From Candidatus Alloscybalousia sp. (GTDB taxonomy: Bacteria > Bacillota_I > Bacilli_A > RF39 > UBA660), in the NCBI GenBank assembly GCA_045595895.1, contig JAZOBJ010000013.1:1671-65670 (forward strand): 64,000 bases of DNA, read 5' to 3'. The notes beneath the pieces are model-generated. The model did not search any database. It was not told where the DNA came from and saw nothing but the letters and a program-made list of their open reading frames with translations. This document shows positions 39,463 through 47,110 of this stretch, one piece after another (the stretch's first letter is position 1; every line of letters begins with the position of its first letter). The translations under genes and the position numbers were made by a program.

Positions 39463-39752
39463 TGTTGGGTTTACAAGAGTATGCAATGGCTTTTAGAAAT
39501 GGTTTAAATTATGTTTTATATGATAGTGAACAAGAAACAAGAGTAGAACCAGTTCTAGATGTAAAAAGTTTACAATCTATTGGTTATTATGATGGTTATC
39601 ATTATGGTGAATATTTGGAAATATGTTCTCAAACAATGAGTATTAGTAATGAACAATTAATAGCTGAAATAGATAAACGCCATACTAGAGCTATTGATAA
39701 ATATGGTGAACAGTTAGGTTTGGTTTCAACTGATAAGAATCAAATAAAATAA
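39462..39752 (+). CDS. hypothetical protein (96 aa)
   Basis: Its ATG overlaps the der stop. RBS gaggtgagg. Confidence 0.4.
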   Translation: MLGLQEYAMAFRNGLNYVLYDSEQETRVEPVLDVKSLQSIGYYDGYHYGEYLEICSQTMSISNEQLIAEIDKRHTRAIDKYGEQLGLVSTDKNQIK

Positions 39753-39842
39753 TGTTAATTTACACATATTTACAAAAAAAACTAAAGATCATTTACAAAA
39801 TATAGATAATTTAATTTATAATGTTCTTAAGTAGGTGATAAC

Positions 39843-40043
39843 ATGGGTTTAGGTTGGTTCTTAGATAGAAAAGATCCAAAAACAGAATTAGAGGGTTTAG
39901 ATAGAGCTCAAAAAATTCTTGATGAGAGATATCAAAAGGGACAAGTTATGTCTTCTGTATATCAAAAACAATGTTTGGAATTTCAAAAACGTAGGGAAAA
40001 ATACGAAAAGAAATCAAAAAAACAAGGTAAGTTATATGATTAA
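39843..40043 (+). CDS. small protein, SHOCT-like C-terminal pattern
   Basis: 66 aa with RBS aggtga. LEGLDRAQKILDERYQKGQV..Y..Q loosely fits the SHOCT domain. Confidence 0.3.
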   Translation: MGLGWFLDRKDPKTELEGLDRAQKILDERYQKGQVMSSVYQKQCLEFQKRREKYEKKSKKQGKLYD

Positions 40044-40087
40044 CATAATAAAAATCTTTTACATATAATTATGTAGGAGGTTTTTTT

Positions 40088-40327
40088 ATGTTTAATGATT
40101 CTTTTTTTAAAAAAGTGGAAGATAAATCAGGTGTAGATAAGAAGACAATTATATCTTTAGCTAATAAACTACAACATTCTAATATGAAAGATGAAAATGT
40201 TTTAAGAGATTTAGTTAAAGAAATAGGTCAGGTCGCTGGTAGGGATGTTAGTAAAGAAAAAGAGGATAAAATAGTTAATGCAATACTTAAAGATAATGTT
40301 CCTAAAGATCTTGATAAATTGATATAA
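40088..40327 (+). CDS. small sporulation-type protein, SpoVIF-like
   Basis: MFNDSFFKKVEDKSGVDKKTIISLANKL...DENVLRDLVKEIGQVAGRDVSKEKEDKIVNAI resembles the stage VI sporulation protein F family from memory. RBS aggagg. Confidence 0.35.
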   Translation: MFNDSFFKKVEDKSGVDKKTIISLANKLQHSNMKDENVLRDLVKEIGQVAGRDVSKEKEDKIVNAILKDNVPKDLDKLI

Positions 40328-40444
40328 ATGTGTAGAGTGAAGTGTTTTATATATAGAGAAATAAATCTTTGATGAAATATATTAACAAAAAAATTTAAGA
40401 AAAGTGTATTATCGTTTGGTTGTACCTAATAATAAACATTAATA

Positions 40445-40467
40445 AAGAACTTAGGTTCTTTTTTTCT
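40445..40467 (+). terminator. rho-independent terminator upstream of spoIVA
   Basis: Hairpin aagaac ttag gttctt followed by ttttt. Confidence 0.45.
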
Positions 40468-40524
40468 TGTCATAACTACTGATTTTCTACATATAGTTAA
40501 ATGAAATAGAAAGTGAGTGTTAAT

Positions 40525-42000
40525 ATGGATAAAAAAGACATTATAAAAAATATTGCTCTTCGTACAGGTGGAGATATTTATCTTGGTGTAGTAGGTGCAG
40601 TTCGTACTGGTAAAAGTACTTTTATTAAAAAAGTTGTTGAGAATTTAATTGTTCCTAATATTGAAGATGAATATGAAAGAAAGAGAGCTTTAGATGAAGT
40701 TCCACAGAGTGCAGCGGGTAAAACTATTATGACTACTGAACCTAAGTTTGTTCCTAATACAGCTGCTAAAGTTAATATTGATGATTTTAGTTGTAATATT
40801 AGATTAATTGATTGTGTTGGTTACTTAATTGAAAATGCTAAGGGTGCTGAGGATGAGAATGGACCAAGGCTTGTAAAAACACCTTGGTATGATGATCCAA
40901 TTGCTTTTAGTGAAGCTGCTGAAATCGGTACAGAAAAAGTAATTAAAGATCATTCTACGATTGGAATAGTTGTAACAACGGATGGAAGTATTGGCGAATT
41001 TAGTCGAAGCGATTATATAGAAGCTGAAACTAGAGTTATACGTGAACTCAAAGAACTTGGGAAACCATTTATAGTTGTTGTTAATTCAACTCATCCGATG
41101 GTACCTGAAACTGAAAAAATTTGTGAGAAGCTTAAAGAAGAGTATGATGTACCAGTTATTGCTATGAATGTTGATAATATGAATCAAAAAGATATGTATG
41201 ATATTTTAAGAGAAGCTTTATATGAATTTCCAATTTTAGAAGTTAAGGTTAATATGCCAGAATGGATAGCTATTTTAAATCATAAGAATGAAATTAAAAA
41301 AAGTTATATTGATGCGATTAGAGAAAGCGTTGTTGAAATAGATAAATTAAGAGATGTTGAAAAAATTACGGAACATTTTATGGGTGTTGAGAATATTTCA
41401 AAAGCTTATTTATCGGATATTGATCCTTCTACAGGTGAAGTTACTATTAATTTAGAAGCACCAACTGAACTATACAATAAAGTATTAACTGATATTATTA
41501 AAATTGATGTTACTAATAAGGCTCAATTATTATCGTTATTTCAAGATTTTAACGAAGCTAAAAGGGAATATGATCAAATTAAATATGCACTTAAGATGGT
41601 TAAACAAACTGGATATGGTGTGGCTTCCCCAACACTTGATGATATGAAACTTGATACTCCAGAGATAACTAAACAGGGTCCTAGATATGGTGTTAAACTA
41701 AAAGCTACAGCGCCATCAATACATATGATTAGAGTTGATGTTAATTCAACATTTGAACCAATTATAGGTAGTGAAATGCAAAGTAAAGAATTAATTGACT
41801 ATTTAATGAAAGACAAGGATAAAGATCCTAGTTGTATTTGGAAAAGTGAAATCTTTGGTAGAAGTTTAGATGTGATTGTTCAAGAGGGAATTCAATCTAA
41901 GATTAGTATGATGCCTGATAATATTAGGTTTAAACTTCAAAATACTTTAACTAAAATAGTTAATAAAGGTTCAAATAATATGATTGCATTTGTGTTATAA
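40525..42000 (+). CDS. spoIVA: stage IV sporulation protein A (spore coat basement-layer ATPase)
   Basis: Near-colinear with Bacillus SpoIVA: DIIKNIALRTGGDIYLGVVGAVRTGKSTFIKK, PQSAAGKTIMTTEPKFVP, IRLIDCVGY, ALKMVKQTGYGVASP and SIHMIRVDV. The upstream gtcataac...catatagt sequence may be a sigma-E-type promoter; this is weak. Confidence 0.9.
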   Translation: MDKKDIIKNIALRTGGDIYLGVVGAVRTGKSTFIKKVVENLIVPNIEDEYERKRALDEVPQSAAGKTIMTTEPKFVPNTAAKVNIDDFSCNIRLIDCVGYLIENAKGAEDENGPRLVKTPWYDDPIAFSEAAEIGTEKVIKDHSTIGIVVTTDGSIGEFSRSDYIEAETRVIRELKELGKPFIVVVNSTHPMVPETEKICEKLKEEYDVPVIAMNVDNMNQKDMYDILREALYEFPILEVKVNMPEWIAILNHKNEIKKSYIDAIRESVVEIDKLRDVEKITEHFMGVENISKAYLSDIDPSTGEVTINLEAPTELYNKVLTDIIKIDVTNKAQLLSLFQDFNEAKREYDQIKYALKMVKQTGYGVASPTLDDMKLDTPEITKQGPRYGVKLKATAPSIHMIRVDVNSTFEPIIGSEMQSKELIDYLMKDKDKDPSCIWKSEIFGRSLDVIVQEGIQSKISMMPDNIRFKLQNTLTKIVNKGSNNMIAFVL

Positions 42001-42055
42001 GAAGAGAAATCTTCTTTTTTCTTTGGTTTTATGTTATTATATTGGTGGTGGTTTT

Positions 42056-42514
42056 ATGGATTTATTAAATAGTAAATATATTATAGTTGAAGTTATTCCA
42101 ACTTCTACTAAGAGAGAGAATGGAGTAATAGTTCAGTTATCTGCTTTAAAATTAGATGGTATTAAATTAGTTGATAGATTTGATTATCGTATTGATGAAG
42201 ATAAAGTACCACTTTCTGATTTTATAGATATGTGTAGTTACGATAAGGAAAGTTTTACATATTTAGATACTACTGATGAAATTTTAGATAAGTTTAAAGA
42301 GTTTGTTGATGACTTACCTATATTAATTATTGACAATATATATACTAGAAATTATTTAGATGGTATATCTGATAAAATGGAGTCAGTTTTCTCATATTTA
42401 AATATAGAAAATAGTGATGATGCGATTGAAAAAATGATTTCTAAGTATCATTTAGAACCAAGCAATTATATTGTTGACTTATTATATGAGGCAATTATTC
42501 ATGAAAAAGGCTAA
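42056..42514 (+). CDS. hypothetical protein (152 aa)
   Basis: RBS ggtggtgg. Lies between spoIVA and hup. Faint similarity to a degenerate DnaQ-like exonuclease N-terminus. Confidence 0.35.
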   Translation: MDLLNSKYIIVEVIPTSTKRENGVIVQLSALKLDGIKLVDRFDYRIDEDKVPLSDFIDMCSYDKESFTYLDTTDEILDKFKEFVDDLPILIIDNIYTRNYLDGISDKMESVFSYLNIENSDDAIEKMISKYHLEPSNYIVDLLYEAIIHEKG

Positions 42515-42644
42515 AAAATAGTCTTTTTATTATTTTTTTTAGTAAAATTTCAGTCAAATTGGTTGATTTTATAATTATTTCATGCTATTCTTTAAATGTA
42601 AGCATAGTATGTGCTTAAATAGAAAATATGGAGGTTATTTTAAC

Positions 42645-42917
42645 ATGAAAAAAGCAGAATTAGTAGAAGCAGTAGCAGCTAAAGCAGGATTAACTAAAGC
42701 AGATGCAGATCGTGCTATCAAAGCTATGTGTGAAGAAATTCAAGGAGTATTAGCAAAAGGAGATAAAATCACTCTTCCTGGGTTTGGAACTTTCTCAGTA
42801 AGCAAGAGAGCTGCTCGTGAAGGACGTAATCCACAAACTGGTGCTACAGTTAAAATTGCTGCAAGTAAATCAGCTAGATTTAAACAAAGTTCAGCTCTTA
42901 AAGCAGCTCTTAACTAA
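42645..42917 (+). CDS. hup: DNA-binding protein HU
   Basis: MKKAELVEAVAAKAGLTKADADRAIKAM...GFGTFSV..RAAREGRNPQTG. RBS ggagg. The track ORF begins upstream at 42582 in the leader. Confidence 0.85.
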   Translation: MKKAELVEAVAAKAGLTKADADRAIKAMCEEIQGVLAKGDKITLPGFGTFSVSKRAAREGRNPQTGATVKIAASKSARFKQSSALKAALN

Positions 42918-42982
42918 TATATAGATAAGCAGTATTAAAGAATGATTTATTTCATTCTTTTCTTTTTGGAAAAGGAGTTATT

Positions 42983-43363
42983 ATGAAGAAGTTATTGATT
43001 TTACTTGTAGTTATTTTGGGTTTGTGTGGATGTAATGATAATAATACTATAGATATTGGTATTAAAAATATTTCTACTCAATCTGTTTTTTCTGAGGTAG
43101 ATAATAAAGAAACTTATATTATTGATGTTAGAGAAGAACATGAATATCTATCTGGACATATTAAGAATAGTTATAATGTACCATATTCTAATTTTAATTT
43201 AATTAGTGAGATAGGTATTTCTTTTGATAGTAAAATAGTAGTTTACTGTCAGAGTGGTAATAGAAGTGGTATGGCAGCTAGACAATTACTTGAGATGGGT
43301 TATACAAATGTTTACGATATGGGTGGAATTAATTCTTGGAATTATGAACTAGTAAAAGAGTAA
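42983..43363 (+). CDS. rhodanese-domain lipoprotein
   Basis: Lipobox LGLCGC, rhodanese fold and the active-site loop YCQSGNRS. RBS aaggag. Confidence 0.6.
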   Translation: MKKLLILLVVILGLCGCNDNNTIDIGIKNISTQSVFSEVDNKETYIIDVREEHEYLSGHIKNSYNVPYSNFNLISEIGISFDSKIVVYCQSGNRSGMAARQLLEMGYTNVYDMGGINSWNYELVKE

Positions 43364-43392
43364 ATATGTTATAATAAAGTTAGGTGAAAAAT

Positions 43393-44493
43393 ATGCTTAA
43401 AACAGCTTTAAAACTTATAAAAACAATTGAAGATAATGGATATCAAGCATATATCGTTGGTGGTTTTGTGCGTGATAAAGTATTGGGTATTACGTCTAAT
43501 GATATTGATATCTGTACTAATGCTAAACCTAGTGATATAAGAAATATTTTTCCTGCTTCATGTCTCCCTAATGAAGATTATGGTTCAGTTACAGTAGTAG
43601 TTAAGAATATAAGATTTGAAATTACTACTTTTAGAAAGGAAATTAAATATTTAAATAATCGTAAGCCTGTTGAATTTGAGTATATTGATGATTTATTACA
43701 GGATTTAATGAGAAGAGATTTTAAAATTAATACTCTTTGTATGGATAAAGATGGTAATATTATTGATTTATTAAATGGTGATAAAGATATAAAATCTCGT
43801 GAAATAACTACAGTAGGGGATAGTTATTTAAAATTTTCAGAAGATGCATTGCGTATTTTAAGAGCAGTTAGATTTGCAACTATACTTGATTTCAGACTTA
43901 GTAGTGATATTAAAGAAGCTATAATTAATGCTAAAAAATATTTAAAAAGTTTATCTTATGAAAGAAAAAGAGAAGAACTTAATAAAATATTTGCGAGTAA
44001 GCATGTAAAGTATGGTGTTAAACTACTTTTAGAACTTGCTCTCGATAAAGAGTTAGAACTTGATAATTTAAGAAATATTAAGTGTTTTGATGATTTAATG
44101 GGTATTTGGGCTCAACTTCATGTAGATAATATTTATCCTTTCTCTAAGAATGAAAAACAACTTATGAATGATATAAGAGATGTTTTAGAACTTGATAATT
44201 TGGATCCTTTAGTATTATATCGTTATGGTTTATATGTCAATAGTATTGCGGCTGATTCTAAGGGTATAGATAGAAAAGTTATTACAAAAAAATATAATGA
44301 ACTTCCTATTAAATCTCGTAATGAGATTTTAATTGATGGTAGTGAAATTATGACTTTACTTGGAACTAAACCGGGTAAATATTTAAGAAATATTATTAAT
44401 AGTATAGAAGAAGAAGTAGTAAGAGGGAATCTTTCTAATAATAGGGAAGAACTTGTTAATTATGTTTTAAATTATGGAAGTACACAGAATTAG
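43393..44493 (+). CDS. cca: CCA-adding tRNA nucleotidyltransferase (class II, PolA head plus HD-less C-terminal region)
   Basis: AYIVGGFVRD..G....DIDICT and RRDFKINTL motifs. RBS aggtga. Confidence 0.75.
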   Translation: MLKTALKLIKTIEDNGYQAYIVGGFVRDKVLGITSNDIDICTNAKPSDIRNIFPASCLPNEDYGSVTVVVKNIRFEITTFRKEIKYLNNRKPVEFEYIDDLLQDLMRRDFKINTLCMDKDGNIIDLLNGDKDIKSREITTVGDSYLKFSEDALRILRAVRFATILDFRLSSDIKEAIINAKKYLKSLSYERKREELNKIFASKHVKYGVKLLLELALDKELELDNLRNIKCFDDLMGIWAQLHVDNIYPFSKNEKQLMNDIRDVLELDNLDPLVLYRYGLYVNSIAADSKGIDRKVITKKYNELPIKSRNEILIDGSEIMTLLGTKPGKYLRNIINSIEEEVVRGNLSNNREELVNYVLNYGSTQN

Positions 44494-44546
44494 TGTACTT
44501 TTCTTAGTTTTTTGGTATAATATTTTGTAATTAGAGAGGTGATACT

Positions 44547-45230
44547 ATGAAAAGCAGTAAGTTAGTTAGTTTACTTAAAAAAGGAAATTTTGTAGTACCT
44601 TTATATTTGTTTCAATTAAGAGATAAATTTAATATTAATTTCAAAGAGTTTATCTTTTTAGTGTATTTGACTAATTTGGGTGATAAAGTTATTTTTAATC
44701 CTAACTCTTTATCTAATGATTTAAATTTATCTTTACAAGATGTATTATCATATGTTGATACTTTAACAGATAAGGGTTATATTAGTATTGAGGTTATTAA
44801 GAATGATAAGAATGTGATGGAAGAATATATAGTTTTAGATTTATTTTATGAAAAACTTACTAATATTATGATTGATGGTATTAATCAGGAAAAGATAGAG
44901 GAAGAGAAGAATAGTAATGTATTTGAAGTAATAGAAAAAGAGTTTGCTAGACCTCTTACTTCTATAGAATACGAGATTATTAGTGCTTGGATAGAGGATG
45001 GAGTATCAGAAGAACTTATTTTAGAAGCTATTAAAGAGGCTGTGTTTAGTGGAGTATGTAATTTAAGATATATAGATAAGATTTTATATGAATGGGGTAA
45101 AAAAGGCATTAAAACGGCTCGGGATGTAGAAAAGAATCGTGTTGATTTCAAAGAAAAACAGGAAAAGAAAGAGAAATTGGAGTTGTTTGAATATGACTGG
45201 TTTGAGGATGGAGAAGACGAAGAAGATTGA
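44547..45230 (+). CDS. DnaD-domain replication initiation/membrane attachment protein
   Basis: C-terminal DnaD/DDBH2-like region (EFARPLTSIEYEIISAWIEDGVSEELILEAIKEAVFSGVCNLRYIDKILYEWGKKGIKT). A dnaD-nth arrangement, as in Bacillus. Confidence 0.6.
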   Translation: MKSSKLVSLLKKGNFVVPLYLFQLRDKFNINFKEFIFLVYLTNLGDKVIFNPNSLSNDLNLSLQDVLSYVDTLTDKGYISIEVIKNDKNVMEEYIVLDLFYEKLTNIMIDGINQEKIEEEKNSNVFEVIEKEFARPLTSIEYEIISAWIEDGVSEELILEAIKEAVFSGVCNLRYIDKILYEWGKKGIKTARDVEKNRVDFKEKQEKKEKLELFEYDWFEDGEDEED

Positions 45231-45837
45231 TTTAATTGAATCATATTTAGATGAGTTATTTCCTAATCCTAGGTGTGAACTTAATTATATGAAGGATTAT
45301 GAGTTGTTGATAGCTGTTGTACTAAGTGCTCAAACAACTGATAAAAGTGTTAATTTAGTTACTAAGGTATTATTTGATAAATATAAAACTTTAGAAGAAT
45401 TAAAAGATGCTAAATTGAAAGATATTATTGATATTATTAGATCAATTGGTACTTATAACAGAAAGGCTGTTTATGTACTAGAGATAGCTAAAATTTTATA
45501 TAATGAGTATGATGGTATAGTACCTAATGATCGTAAATTATTAGAGGATATGCCTGGTGTTGGTAGAAAGGTTGCTAATGTTGTTCTTAGTGAATGGTTT
45601 CATGAAGATTGTATAGCAGTTGATACCCATGTTGATAGGGTTAGTAAGAGACTTGGTTTAGCTAATAATGGTGATTCTGTTTTAGAGGTAGAAAAGAAAC
45701 TACAAAAATATTATTTGAAAGAAAACTGGGGTAAACGTCATTTGCAAATGGTTTTATTTGGTAGGTATTACTGTAAAAGTAGTAAACCTATGTGTTCTTT
45801 GTGTAAATTAAAAAAAATATGTAAGAAAAAAGATTAG
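45193..45837 (+). CDS. nth: endonuclease III
   Basis: HhH-GPD with LPGVGRKVANVV and the C-terminal 4Fe-4S Cys cluster C-x6-C-x2-C-x5-C. Start uncertain (45193 or 45208) and overlaps the dnaD-like end. Confidence 0.8.
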   Translation: MTGLRMEKTKKIDLIESYLDELFPNPRCELNYMKDYELLIAVVLSAQTTDKSVNLVTKVLFDKYKTLEELKDAKLKDIIDIIRSIGTYNRKAVYVLEIAKILYNEYDGIVPNDRKLLEDMPGVGRKVANVVLSEWFHEDCIAVDTHVDRVSKRLGLANNGDSVLEVEKKLQKYYLKENWGKRHLQMVLFGRYYCKSSKPMCSLCKLKKICKKKD

Positions 45838-45850
45838 CATTTGCTAATCT

Positions 45851-46252
45851 TTATTTGTTTTTCTTTTTTAATAAGTCTCTTATTTCTTCTAGTAGTAATA
45901 CTTCATCACTTTTAACCGCAGCTGCTTCTTCAATTACTTCTTCTTTTTTCTTAGCTTTAGCTGTTAAAGTATTTATTACTTTTACGAACATGAATACGCA
46001 GAATGCTACTATTAAGAAGTTAATAACATTTTGGATGAAATTACCATAAAGAATTGTTGAATCTTTAATAGTTGCGTGTAATCCTGTAAAATTAATACCT
46101 CCAAGGACAATTCCAATAAGCGGCATTAAGATATCTTCTACTAGTGATTTAACAATACTAGTAAAAGCCGAACCAACAATCATACCAACAGCTAAATCTA
46201 CAACACTTCCACGTGAAATAAATTCTTTAAATTCATTAATTACCTTTTTCAT
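45851..46252 (-). CDS. mscL: large-conductance mechanosensitive channel
   Basis: MKKVINEFKEFISRGSVVDLAVGMIVGSAFTSIV..., 133 aa. RBS aggagg. Confidence 0.85.
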   Translation of the reverse strand: MKKVINEFKEFISRGSVVDLAVGMIVGSAFTSIVKSLVEDILMPLIGIVLGGINFTGLHATIKDSTILYGNFIQNVINFLIVAFCVFMFVKVINTLTAKAKKKEEVIEEAAAVKSDEVLLLEEIRDLLKKKNK

Positions 46253-46344
46253 AAGTTTACCTCCTTGTCTTAATTATAACGTTTTTAGTTGATTTGGACA
46301 AGTTATATTGTTTATTTAATCACATATAATTTAGTGGTGATAAT

Positions 46345-47082
46345 ATGCCTTACTTAATTACGTTCTTAGCTGGGTGTAGTACTTTAATTGGTTTTTTATT
46401 TGTATATTTTAAAAATGATTCTAATAAAGTTTTAGTTTCTTCTTTATCTTTTGCGAGTGGTGTTATGTTTTTAATATCTATTACTGATTTAATTCCATCA
46501 TCATTTTCATCTATTAATGAGGTTTATTATGTAATACCGGCTTTTTTGATATGTAGTATTTTTGTGATAGTTGGTGTAGTTTTTTCTATGATGATTGATA
46601 AGTATTTACCAGATAATAATTATCATGATGGATATCTTTATCGGGTTGGGATGATATCTATGATAGCCATTATTTTTCATAATGTTCCTGAGGGAATAGC
46701 AACTTTTTTAACATCTAATCATGATTTGAAACTTGGTATAACTTTGGCTATTGCGTTAGCACTTCATAATATACCAGAAGGTATAAGTGTTGCTGTTCCT
46801 ATTTATTATAGTACTGGTAGTCGTTTAAAGGCATTTTTATATACATTTGTTTCTGGTATGAGTGAATTTCTTGGGGCTATATTTGCATCTATTTTTTTAG
46901 TAGGATTTAGTAATGATTTTTTTATGGGATGTTTATATGCTGTGATTGCTGGTATTATGATGCATATTTCTATTTTTGAGTTGTTACCATCTAGTTTTAA
47001 GTATAATAAACCTTTGCGTACTATTTTATCTTTTATAATTGGATTGCTTTTTATGTATATTAGTGGAGTTTTATTACATTAA
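46345..47082 (+). CDS. ZIP-family zinc transporter (ZupT-like)
   Basis: Eight TM helices with HNVPEGIA and HNIPEGIS metal-binding motifs. Confidence 0.7.
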   Translation: MPYLITFLAGCSTLIGFLFVYFKNDSNKVLVSSLSFASGVMFLISITDLIPSSFSSINEVYYVIPAFLICSIFVIVGVVFSMMIDKYLPDNNYHDGYLYRVGMISMIAIIFHNVPEGIATFLTSNHDLKLGITLAIALALHNIPEGISVAVPIYYSTGSRLKAFLYTFVSGMSEFLGAIFASIFLVGFSNDFFMGCLYAVIAGIMMHISIFELLPSSFKYNKPLRTILSFIIGLLFMYISGVLLH

Positions 47083-47084
47083 AA

Positions 47085-47110
47085 AAAGAGATTTTTAAAA
47101 TCTCTTTTAT
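47085..47110. terminator. bidirectional terminator between the ZIP gene and ponA
   Basis: Palindrome aaagagatttt t aaaatctcttt. Confidence 0.45.

Noticed and set aside
44885-45244. 119-aa minus-strand ORF
   Set aside because: Antisense to the dnaD-like and nth overlap region.
45855-46049. 64-aa plus-strand ORF
   Set aside because: Antisense to mscL.
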